From assembly GCA_023205875.1 (NCBI GenBank), contig CP060756.1, positions 682,001 through 746,000 of the forward strand: a stretch of 64,000 nucleotides of DNA, in the 5' to 3' direction. The number at the start of each line of letters is the position of its first letter. The stretch's first letter is position 1. Under the pieces are notes generated by a model that did not search any database, had not been told where the DNA came from, and saw only the letters and a program-made list of their open reading frames with translations. The DNA comes from Chloropicon primus. Taxonomy: Eukaryota. Below are positions 42,392 through 52,046 of the stretch, piece after piece. The translations under genes and the position numbers were made by a program.

Positions 42392-43799
42392 TTACTCCAT
42401 GCTGTCGAGCAAATCCTTCTCGATGGTGCCGAGCTCCTCCCAGAAGGCCCGGAAGTGCTCCACCGCGTAACCCACATCGTCACAGCCGCAGACCTCCCTC
42501 ACGCTGTGCATGCTCCACTGGGGAATGCCGACATCCGCCGTGCGCATTCCAGTCTTGGTCGACACGATTGGTCCGATGGTGCTGCCGCAGCCCATGTCGC
42601 TCCTCACGACAAACTCCTGGCACGGGAGCCCCCTCTTTCTCCCGCATTCTCGGAAAAGAGTAGCGGTGATCGAGTTCGTGGCGTACCTCTGGTTCGCGTT
42701 GTGCTTGATCACGACGCCCTTGTGGAACTGGGGGCCGTGCTGAGACTCGTGCTTGTCCGCGTAGTTTGGATGGATGGCATGGGCCATGTCCGCTGAGAGC
42801 AAGAACGACTTCTGCAGGGCGATCTCCAGGAGCTGAGACTTTCCGCTCTCGGACTTGCAGCACGCCGTGGTAACCCTCTTGACCAGGTCCGACGCCATCG
42901 TGGAACCCGCCCCAGGGGCGCTGCAGGAGCCGCATTCCTCGTGGTCGTACATCACCACAACCCTCACGCTGTCATCGTCCCCCAAGGAGCCCAAGGAAGT
43001 CGTGAGCGCCTCCAGGGACGCATAGCAGGAGGCCAAGTTGTCGAGCCTCCCGCTGAAAACGAGCTCGTCCATCGCCCCTCCAATGGCGGACGGCTGGGTG
43101 TCGCAGGCTTGGAGCTCAAAGTCCACGATGTCCTCCGCGCTGATCCCAAGCTCCTTGGCCAGGATGTCCAGGAGCAGAGGGTGCTGCTGCAGGACTCCGT
43201 CCGAGGCGCCCGCCTTTGCCTTCTTGCTCTCCTGCTCGCCGGAGCAACCCCTGTTGAGCTGGTCCTTGATGCTCGTGGCGAGAACCGGAGACATGTGCTG
43301 CTGGAAATTAACCTTGAAGCCGTCGTTCGCCCCCCTGTTCAGGTGGATGGCAAGGCTCGGGATGCGCATGATGGGCTTGTTGACGCGAACAAGGCCCGAC
43401 TTGAGCTTTCCCCCTGACTTGTAGACGACCCTGCCCGCCACGGACAGGTCCCTGTCGAACCAGGTGTACCACAGACCTCCCCCGTAGTTCTGGCAGTTCA
43501 CCATGAGCCAACCATTCTTCGTCTCCTTCGACACCGGCTTGAGCTTCGGGCAAGGGCTGTCGGTATGCGCCCCGATGATCCTGAACCCGTTTCCCGCCTC
43601 GTACTTCCCCCCCACCGCGAAGGCCACGATAGCCGACGCGTTCCTCGTAAAGTAATACTTCCCTCCGGGCACAACCTTCCACGTCTCCCGCTCGCTCAGC
43701 TTCTCGAACCCTTCACCCTCCAACTTCCCTACCGTGTGCTCCACCGCGTGGAACGGCGTCCAGCACTCGTTCAGGTACTCCACCAGCTTCTCGGCCTCC

Positions 43800-43804
<5 letters not shown>
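42392..43804 (-). CDS. DNPEP: Aspartyl aminopeptidase (M18)
   Basis: GAHTDSP, TWFDRDL, RLDNL, DHEECGS, SADMAHAIHPNY, GSTIGP and SMHSVRE. Confidence 0.96.

Positions 43805-43880
<76 letters not shown>
43805..43880. repeat. (CT/GA)n microsatellite abutting the DNPEP start codon
   Basis: A near-perfect CT tract of about 75 bp lies between the divergent DNPEP and methyltransferase genes. Confidence 0.95.
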
Positions 43881-43926
43881 TTAAATTAACGCCCGAGCAC
43901 AGGAGCGTCACCTGAGGGGGTGCGCC

Positions 43927-44793
43927 ATGGAAGGTCACAGCAGAGCGACGGACGCTGCCGCGTCGGGAGGCGCGAATCAAGGGACTGACCATGACCATGG
44001 ATTCCGCAAGGGCAAGAAACGCGTGAAACCGGGGCGTGAGGGGTGGAAGAGGAAGGGGAAGCGTCCGGCGTTGCTTTCAGACAGGGCGTGGACGTGCGCC
44101 GAGGAGGACCACTGCGAGACGCCCTTGGCGGCGTTCAGGGACCTGAGGCCGGCATTAAGGAGTGTGGCCAAATTGTGCCACAAGGACTGTGCAAAGGTCA
44201 GGATCTACGATCCTTTCTATTGCGAGGGATCCATGAAGGACCACATGAACTCCCTGGGGTTCTCGAACGTGTACAATGAGAACGAGGACTTTTACGAGAG
44301 GGTGAGGACGGAAACGGTCCCGCCGTACGACGTGTTGGTCTCGAATCCCCCGTTCAGCGGCAACCATGTGGAGGGGATCCTCCGCTTCGCGGTCAAGTCC
44401 AGGCGCCCCTTCGCCCTCCTCCTGCCGGACTTCGTGTGCAGGAAGGTCTACTTTCAGGAGATAGTGGCTGGGGGCACGCCAATCGCTCTGATCGCTCCCA
44501 CGGAGCCCTACAGGTTTTGGGCTCCCGGCCGAGCGGACAAAGGGATTAGAGGGAGGGCCATCGTGCCTAAGGCCCACGGGCTGGAGTTCGGCTGCGTGTG
44601 GGTTTGTTGCTTTTGGTCCTTCCAGAAGAAGGTGATCCGGTGGTGGAGGAAGGGCGAGAGGTCCGAGAGCTTTTGCAAGCTGTACACGAGCGCGAACGAC
44701 CTCCCCCAGACCTCGACCACGAAGAAGAGGGGCAACCCCAGACAGAGAGCCAAGGCCAGGAAAAGGATGGCACTCGCTGCTTCGAAGGGGTGA
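43927..44793 (+). CDS. Putative N6-adenine (amino) methyltransferase
   Basis: D-H-C-E-T-P, SAM-binding-like IYDPFYCEG, DFY, catalytic VLVSNPPFS and FALLLP, with basic termini. Confidence 0.7.
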   Translation: MEGHSRATDAAASGGANQGTDHDHGFRKGKKRVKPGREGWKRKGKRPALLSDRAWTCAEEDHCETPLAAFRDLRPALRSVAKLCHKDCAKVRIYDPFYCEGSMKDHMNSLGFSNVYNENEDFYERVRTETVPPYDVLVSNPPFSGNHVEGILRFAVKSRRPFALLLPDFVCRKVYFQEIVAGGTPIALIAPTEPYRFWAPGRADKGIRGRAIVPKAHGLEFGCVWVCCFWSFQKKVIRWWRKGERSESFCKLYTSANDLPQTSTTKKRGNPRQRAKARKRMALAASKG

Positions 44794-44822
44794 CAACGTT
44801 GTCATTGTATTTCTATGTTTCA

Positions 44823-45569
44823 TTACAAGGAGAGAGCTCGCTCGCGCTTGCTCAGCAGCGCGTGGAGCACGTCTATCGCCGCATCCATCGTTTCCTCCAG
44901 AATCAAAAACCCGTGATTGAAACGGATGAACGCCTTGTGAGCCGGGTACGCGTGGCTTTTTAGCAATGCCCCCAAGGCGTCGACGTCCTCCCTAGTGCTG
45001 AACAGCGTGTCCGCTGGCGAGATGGGCACACCGAGTACCTCCGCATCCTCCTAAAGTGGTGTCAGAACCAGTGAGCACGAGAGGGAGGGAGAGGGATTCA
45101 TCATTCAACGTACCTTGGTTTCAAAACTGTGGCCGTGAAGCACGACTCTCGGTCGCTCCTTCCACTTGAAATCCGTTGGGGCCTTGATGAGAGAGAACCA
45201 GTGCAAGGGCGTGTCGCTCGATGGCTCGCAGTCCGCATCGGCGCTGTTGAAAAAAGCAGTCCACGACCCCGAATCGAAGCTCGTTACGCGGGCAAAGTCC
45301 CTCTCCAAGTCAGAGGGGTCCTCTGGGCTCCTTCCGGACCGCGATATCAGAATTTGTTCACCTTCCAGCAGGCACGCGCAGTTGCCAAGGAATTTGCCGT
45401 CCGGCCCGATGGGAGCCGCCTTTGTCTTGACCAGGCAATCCAATCCCTTTGACAGCTCCTTGAGCTCTTGGACCCCCTCCTGGTCCTGGCCAGGACCATC
45501 CTCTTCCCGGATGCAGGAAAACTTTATTCTCGCTCCCCCCTGCTCCAACGAAAGCTCTTCCAAACCCAT
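44823..45569 (-). CDS. Class II aldolase/adducin-like protein, 2 exons
   Basis: GNCA..., ILISRSG, EPSSDTPLH, VVLHGHS and NHGFL. The intron spans 45051-45113 (GTACGT...TTTAG). Confidence 0.75.
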
Positions 45570-45725
45570 GCCCTCGACCAAGAGGTACTGTTTGAAAGAG
45601 GAAAGAGAAAGAGACGATCCTTCCGCCTGCCTCGCTCTCCCTCCGTCGCCACTCCCTCTCCCCTGTCCCTCGTCGCCAACTCCCTCTCCTGTCAATGGCT
45701 GAGGCGAAGCGAAGAGATCTCCAGC

Positions 45726-47025
45726 ATGAGGGCGGTGAAGAGGAAAGAGGTGTTGGTGAGGAGGGGGAGGACAGCGACGGTGGTCAAGGCGGAGAGGTCA
45801 GGAGGAAGACCCAGCGTGACTGGATTCGAAGCCAGGAAGACTTTGAGGAGCGGCGGCGGTGGGGGTGCTTCGACGACGACGACGACGACGAGGAGGAGGA
45901 ATCTCCTCGCAGGGTTTCTTGCCTTGTCGGTGGTGCCCACAGCTTGCGAGGCGAGGGCAGAGGGTGTTGACGCGGACAGGGTGGAGGGAGGCTTGCGAAG
46001 GTCGGGTGCCAATGGACTTCTTGCGGAGGAGGAGGAGCGCCTGATACAGCTGCGGATGACGGCGGAAGGGAACGCGAAGAGGTTGGACTCGGAAGCCAAG
46101 CTGGAGATCGAGCGAGCCATAGAGAGGGCGAGGGCGGAGGGCGAGGCGGAGGCGAGGAAGAGCTTCGAGAGAACGAACTCTCTCTGCGCCACGCCATACG
46201 GCATCGATATTGTGGGCATAACGGAGGGGATAGCCCTCGCGGGTGCACTCGTGGGAGGTACGTTTTCGTTTGTTTTGTTTGTTTTTCTGCCAGCTTTCTC
46301 TCCTTTCGGTGAGGCACCTGACTGACAGCGAGAACGCTCTTGCGTGCGCAGGCATTTCGGCGAAGAAGCGCAAGGACGAGGTGCAGAAGCTGAACGACCA
46401 GCTCAGGACGATCAACGTCACCCTGAGGAAGCAGGCAAGGTCTGGAATCGTTTACGCTCCGGATATGAACTACGCTCCTGCTTCGACGGGAGAGCCAGCG
46501 GCGGCAAGCGCTTCGGCCACGGTCCAGAAGAGCGGGGATGAAGCCTCCCGGGTCGAAGACGCTGTCTCGGTGAGCGATAACGTCGCGGAAGCAGAGCCGG
46601 AGGACGTGACGACTGCGGTAGAAGCGACCGCCGGTGCGGCCGCGCCAGACGCCCCGCCCTCCGGGGAGGGCATAAGCGAGACCGGCTTGGCCCTGAGAAA
46701 CGGCAGGAAGCTTCTCGAGGTCAGCAAGGGTGCCGCGGCCCTGGTCCACTTCGAGAAGGCGCGGATGCTCTCAAGGTCAGCGGGGAACAAGGTCCAGGAG
46801 AGGAGAGCCGAGCGAGGGCTCGCCGCGGCGAGCAGGATGCAGAAGCAGTTCAAAAAGGCTATCGGCCATCTCGAGAGGGTCCTGGAGATCTCCAAGGAGA
46901 TGGACGAGTACACTGGAGACGCGGATGCGTACGGAGTCATCGCGGACATTTACACGGAGCTCGGTGACCTCGAGAAGGCCGCGAAATTCTACGACCTGTA
47001 CCTCAAGAACATCGACCTGTCCTGA
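45726..47025 (+). CDS. FLU: FLU/FLP (fluorescent in blue light) TPR regulator of ALA synthesis, 2 exons
   Basis: Transit peptide, then TM ALAGALVGG|ISAKKRKDEVQKLNDQLRTINVTLRKQAR coiled coil, then C-terminal TPRs (DAYGVIADIYTELGDLEKAAKFYDLY). Intron 46258-46351. Confidence 0.9.
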
Positions 47026-47261
47026 TTAACCGAAGACGAGACGTGTCGTTAAGAAAAACATTTTTCCTCCTTTGCTCTCTTGCTAGATGCCCAGATGGGG
47101 TCCCCCTCCCTCTCCCTCCCTCGTCCTGGACGAGTCGTCCAAGGCACTGGTTTGGGGCTCTCCAACCCTTGCCCCCATCTCCACCCGGGCCGCGTCCCCC
47201 CAAGATCGCAAAGGCCCAAGATCAGCTCTGCACCTTGGGAGGGGAAGGGGAAGGAAGGAGC

Positions 47262-48464
47262 ATGGGTGGTATACCGGAGCGCATAGCGGCACTCCTATAC
47301 GAGGGAGACCACAACATCACGAAATCCGCACGGTATGTTCGAACTTGGCCTCCTGAAGAGAAGACGACGCCCAAAGAATCCAAGTCCCTGCAGAGAGAGA
47401 GAGACTTTTTCGCCAGGTTGGGGGATGGCTCTGTTGAGCTCGGAAAAAAGATGGTCACGGAGGACGGGAAGGTCGATCCGAAGGAGTTCATATTCTTCGA
47501 GCCGGAGGAAAAGAACGTGCACCTCTTTCCGAAGTTCGCACCGCACTCCCTGGAAAATCATGAAAAAGTGTTGTTGGAAAGCGATGCAATCCTGTCCCTG
47601 TCCAACGCCTTCGCCTACCTCCTCAGGAGGGCCAAGGTGATGCGCTACCACTCCTGCCTGTCGATGCTGACGGGCCTGAGGAACTACTACGTCCACGTGA
47701 TCCTGAGCCAGGGGCGGGGAGGATCGCAGAGGTCCGACCTGACGAGCCCCAACTCGACACTGGACTTGAGCTTGGGAGGGGAGGACGACCTCGCGGCGCG
47801 GGGCGCGAAGCCGGGCGTGATCGCGGAGGGCGCTCCGCCCCTGCATATGCCGCTCCAGGACGTGGTCCAGGCCTGCACGGCTTTGGAGGCGTGGTTGATC
47901 TCGCAGGAGGCCTTCGAGAATGATTACAGTATGGCAAAGCAGCTCAAGGGATCCCTTCATCAGAAGCTCGTCAAGCTCCTCGACGAGCAGCTCGAGCTGG
48001 TCCAGAGGGAGCTCCTGCTGAGGGCCTGCGATATCTTCTCCTTCCCCCCGTGGTACCAGGATTTGAGCGAGCAGTACCTCAACAACGCGGTCTACGGCGA
48101 CGCAGCGGAGGCCCTGTGCTTCGCGGGACAAGACAAGGAGGACGATTTTGCGTTTGCGAGGGACCTCAGCGTCGAGGACGAGAGTCGAGTCTGCCTTTAC
48201 AGGAGGATCGTGTCCCAGGCGATCGACGCGTACTTTTACGACGACTGGAACGCGAGGATGGAGCTTTGGGCTTTCCAGAGGAACCCCGTTCGGTGGAGGG
48301 ATGAACTGCTCCGAGGACCTCAGCAGGGCAGAAGGGCTTGCATGAAGTTCATCGCCTCGAAGCCCATGGGGGACCTGACTGATACGAGAGTCCCGTCCAT
48401 CGTCTACATCGCCACAAACGAGACGGGCGTCAAGCTCATCGCGATCCGTAGGTCCATGTTTTGA
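47262..48464 (+). CDS. Hypothetical protein (400 aa)
   Basis: Long ORF with host-like codon usage and no family I recognise. Confidence 0.7.
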   Translation: MGGIPERIAALLYEGDHNITKSARYVRTWPPEEKTTPKESKSLQRERDFFARLGDGSVELGKKMVTEDGKVDPKEFIFFEPEEKNVHLFPKFAPHSLENHEKVLLESDAILSLSNAFAYLLRRAKVMRYHSCLSMLTGLRNYYVHVILSQGRGGSQRSDLTSPNSTLDLSLGGEDDLAARGAKPGVIAEGAPPLHMPLQDVVQACTALEAWLISQEAFENDYSMAKQLKGSLHQKLVKLLDEQLELVQRELLLRACDIFSFPPWYQDLSEQYLNNAVYGDAAEALCFAGQDKEDDFAFARDLSVEDESRVCLYRRIVSQAIDAYFYDDWNARMELWAFQRNPVRWRDELLRGPQQGRRACMKFIASKPMGDLTDTRVPSIVYIATNETGVKLIAIRRSMF

Positions 48465-48797
48465 CATGACTTCGTCAAGCCCCTTATATATTGTATATTT
48501 ATATCAACTTTTTCTCTTTTGTGTCATCGCTACCTTGCGATGGCGGCCTTGGCTCAACGTCCGTGGACTCGGTGTCCAAGACGCCAACCTGACCGAAAGA
48601 ACAACCCCTCCCCATCATCGATGACGATGATGTGCTGAACCACCTTGGGATCCTCCTGCTCCAGGCTCCAGAAAAATTTTCGGCCACAAACTCTTGAGTT
48701 CGGCGTGCGCTGTGCTGCTGAACGCAACGAGGGGAGGAGGAGGAGCGAGACGGAGACGGAGCACGGAAGACGGGCGAGGAGGACAGTTGCGAGTGGT

Positions 48798-50678
48798 ATG
48801 AGAATGTTTTCGCCTCGCTTGCGGGCCGCCGCTCTCGCGCTGGCCGTCGTCGTCGCAACGACAAGCGTCGTCGTTCACGTGGGGGCGCAAGAGGGAACCT
48901 CGGATGGAACCTCGGATGGGGCGTTTGGTTGCTCCAAGGCCGCCAACTGGGAGCACGTTTCGCCCATCCTGTGCCCCGTGGCCAAGATAAGGGTGTGCTG
49001 GAACGTGACCGACGAGCGGGAGCTCTTGCTGAGGGCGGAAGCCGCTGTCACGGGTTACATCCAGGTTGGTTTGATGGACAGGAACCTCGTGGGCTTCGTG
49101 GATGTTATGACGCTCTACGTGGACGAGCAGGGGGAGCCGCACGCGATCGACCAGTTCATCGGAGGGTTTGCCTCGTGGACCCATGCCGACCTTGTGACCG
49201 ACTCGAGGCAGGACGTGGAGGTGGTGGACGGGAGTGTGAAGACGTTCGATGCCCCATCCTCTGATGGGCACTCGAAAGGCACTTACACGAGCGTGACGGT
49301 CAAGAGGAAGCTCGTGACCGGCGACGTTGGTCGTGGCAACAACTTGTACTCCTCCCCGAAGGATTACATCATCGAGAGGGGCACCGAGTCCGGCCTCATC
49401 TGGATGACCAGCAGGTCCACAAAGCCCACGTTGGAGGGCGGCGAGGTCGTGGTGCCGACGTACGGCTACAAGTATCCGAACGGGAACAAGGGGACGTGGA
49501 GGGTGACTTTCGATGACTCTGAGTCCCAGCTCACGTGCGTGTACTACTGCAGGCTTCAGATGAACGTGTGCGGGGATTCTCAGGAGAAGGAAAGCCAGTT
49601 TACCAGCGAGGACGAGTGTCTCGCGCGGTGCACCCAGTACGTTTCGGAGGGCGCCTGGACTCTTGGGGACATCGTGACGGACCACAGCGTCCATTCCCTC
49701 GCTTGCAGGATCAACGCTGCGCACCAGGCAGAGAACGCGCCGGCCGAGGATGACGCGCTGAGGCAGGAGCTCTGCGACAACGCTGGCGTGAGTGGAAACG
49801 GCGTTTGTGGCACGCATTGCGAGAACTACTGCTCCCATGCTTCCCAGTGCAACGGGATGTTCCAGGACAAGACGCAGTGCCTTTCCACTTGCGACGGTGG
49901 ATTCGTCTCCTCTGAGGACCCCGCGGCCAAGGTGATGCAGGATGCTCGGTACGGCTCCGCAACGTTTCCGTTCTACGACACCGCTGCCTGCCGAACGATT
50001 CACGCCTCCCTGGCCTACGACAAGTTCTCCACAGGCGTCATGCCCAGCTTCCTGCTGTACGGAACCTATTACCGCTGCCCATTGGCTAGCCCGAACTCGT
50101 CGACTTGCTCAAACTCCACTCTGCCCACTTGCGGTTATTATTGCGAGTCTGTGCAGACGTCTTGCTCGGGTTCCAGGAGCCAGTTCGCCAATGTCCAGGC
50201 TTGCAAGTCTTGGTGTGAAGCGGAACTGGGTGCAGGCCTGGTCAAGGGGGACCTCACGGATGTCGGGGGGGAGTACACTTTGGGCTGCTTGTCTTACCTA
50301 GCCCAGCACGCCACGAGTGACGAGCTCTGCGCGGCAGCGAAGTCCGGTGGCTCGATCTGCCCGCCGCCGCAAAATGCCAAGGGCTCCACATCCTCCAACG
50401 CTCCGGTCCCTCCCACGAGCAATTACAGAGAGGGGTCGCAGGGGGAGGGATCGTACGGATCGGCGGTGAATCAGAGCGGGGGGGATTCTTCTTCTTCTTC
50501 TAAAGGAGGTGATCTCGGCGTCATCATCGGCGCCGCGTTGGGTGCGTTGGGCGCGACGATGATGGCCGCCCTGATCGTGAGGTACAGGACGAAACGGCAA
50601 AGGGTGTCGGCATTCGGATGCATGGGAATCAACGGCCCCCCGGCGCCCCGAGAGTTCGTCGATCTTGTTAAAGTGTAA
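48798..50678 (+). CDS. Type I membrane protein: signal peptide, DOMON domain, three Cys-rich repeats, S/G linker, TM
   Basis: DOMON-like IRVCWNV...TGYIQVGL...DVMTLYVD...AIDQF...SVTVKRKLVTGD. Repeats follow CxxYC...C...QF....C...C. TM is LGVIIGAALGALGATMMAALIV, followed by RYRTKRQR. Confidence 0.75.
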   Translation: MRMFSPRLRAAALALAVVVATTSVVVHVGAQEGTSDGTSDGAFGCSKAANWEHVSPILCPVAKIRVCWNVTDERELLLRAEAAVTGYIQVGLMDRNLVGFVDVMTLYVDEQGEPHAIDQFIGGFASWTHADLVTDSRQDVEVVDGSVKTFDAPSSDGHSKGTYTSVTVKRKLVTGDVGRGNNLYSSPKDYIIERGTESGLIWMTSRSTKPTLEGGEVVVPTYGYKYPNGNKGTWRVTFDDSESQLTCVYYCRLQMNVCGDSQEKESQFTSEDECLARCTQYVSEGAWTLGDIVTDHSVHSLACRINAAHQAENAPAEDDALRQELCDNAGVSGNGVCGTHCENYCSHASQCNGMFQDKTQCLSTCDGGFVSSEDPAAKVMQDARYGSATFPFYDTAACRTIHASLAYDKFSTGVMPSFLLYGTYYRCPLASPNSSTCSNSTLPTCGYYCESVQTSCSGSRSQFANVQACKSWCEAELGAGLVKGDLTDVGGEYTLGCLSYLAQHATSDELCAAAKSGGSICPPPQNAKGSTSSNAPVPPTSNYREGSQGEGSYGSAVNQSGGDSSSSSKGGDLGVIIGAALGALGATMMAALIVRYRTKRQRVSAFGCMGINGPPAPREFVDLVKV

Positions 50679-50697
50679 AGCTGCTGTAATCTTACTC

Positions 50698-51915
50698 TCA
50701 AACTTTCGCGTTTGCGCTCCTGGTCGTCCTCTTCTTCTTCCTGGTTGGTGTGCTCCTAGTGATGGCCCTTTTGCTTCGTTCCTTGACCTCCGTGGACTCC
50801 AAGACGTGGTGAGCGGAGGCCTTCGCCTGTTGCAGAAGGCCGAGGATCTCCTTGATCTCGCTCCTCAAAGGTCCAAGATCCATGGGTGAAACCACGGGTG
50901 AGGCAACGTCACGTGGACTGTGGAACGTCAGGGCCAGCACCGAGAGAGAGGCAAACAGCATCTCGATGGAGTGCGTTCCGGTCCCTCCCAGCACGACGAA
51001 CTGGTGGAATATTACCATCATTGCAGCTAGCCGAAGGTTTTGCCGCCCGCCCAGCATCAGAAGAAAGGAGAAGGCCAAGAGGAGTGCAACCCAGTGCTGC
51101 CTCATCTGTCCGTAAACGGATCCTACCATCTCCACCTTTGCGGCGTACTCCTCCTGCATGCGAAGAAGCTGCGCGGAGTCCATTTGCAACTTCAAAAAGA
51201 ATTCTTCTGTTGCGTTTTGCTGGTCCAGCACCACGGAAGAGAGGCTCTGGACGCGCCCCCGGACCTCGTCTTGTGTCCTCAACAGGTCTCTCTCGTTCTG
51301 GAGAACCAACTTGGTGTTGCCAAAAGTCAGCTTACTGATGTTGTACATCTCGGAGAGGGGGGCCTGCAGACCATGAAGGCCGTGGGAGAGCTGCTTGCCC
51401 AAGGCCAGGCTCTCTGCCGCTCTCTCGAGGAGGGCCTCGGAAATAGATTTCGTATAGTCCTCGAAAGATCTTGCTTCCAGGCTGAAGCACACGGTATACA
51501 CGTGGATGCGAAACTGCGTGTAGGCGGCAAACGCGTTTCCCCCTCTCTTGCCGACGCGCTTGACGCACGCGTCGACGTCTGTCTCGACGTCACAAGGATA
51601 CCGCAGTCCTCCTTCTCTCAAGTGGCACGAAGTGAAGGCCAAAGCCAGGCGCGTGAGGTCCTTTTCCGTCCTGCTCGCACACGCGCGCTTCGTGTCACTC
51701 AAGGCCCTCGGCCAGCACGACCTGGAGGTCCGAAGAAACCCGAAGAACGACGACTGCCTCTCCCTCTCCGACTCCAACTCGTTCGCCGCTTTCTCTCGCC
51801 ATTGATCCAAGATGCTCTCTCCTTCGTCTTGAATGTCCAAGATGGGCGACTTGCCCGCTTCGACGAAAGAAAGGACGCAGGCGGCGACAAGGACCAGGAA
51901 TAGCCCTCGCGACAT
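50698..51915 (-). CDS. GEX1: GEX1/KAR5/Brambleberry nuclear membrane fusion protein
   Basis: Signal peptide, Cys-rich domain SCWPRAL...C...RLALAFTSCHL...YPC...CV...AFAAYTQF...VCFSL, coiled coil and C-terminal TM segments. Confidence 0.85.
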   Translation of the reverse strand: MSRGLFLVLVAACVLSFVEAGKSPILDIQDEGESILDQWREKAANELESERERQSSFFGFLRTSRSCWPRALSDTKRACASRTEKDLTRLALAFTSCHLREGGLRYPCDVETDVDACVKRVGKRGGNAFAAYTQFRIHVYTVCFSLEARSFEDYTKSISEALLERAAESLALGKQLSHGLHGLQAPLSEMYNISKLTFGNTKLVLQNERDLLRTQDEVRGRVQSLSSVVLDQQNATEEFFLKLQMDSAQLLRMQEEYAAKVEMVGSVYGQMRQHWVALLLAFSFLLMLGGRQNLRLAAMMVIFHQFVVLGGTGTHSIEMLFASLSVLALTFHSPRDVASPVVSPMDLGPLRSEIKEILGLLQQAKASAHHVLESTEVKERSKRAITRSTPTRKKKRTTRSANAKV

Positions 51916-52046
51916 GGTCTCTTCGCGCTTCACTGCCCACCCCACCAGCGCTCGAGCGTTACGGCGTATTGTGACAATTTTTTTCCCGATGAAAACGGAT
52001 GATGATTGATGGGACAGCCCCTTATGTGTGTGTGCGGTTGATTGAG

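Noticed and set aside
2973..47025. CHLI and FLU as a tetrapyrrole gene cluster
   Set aside because: They are more than 40 kb apart with about 18 unrelated genes between them.
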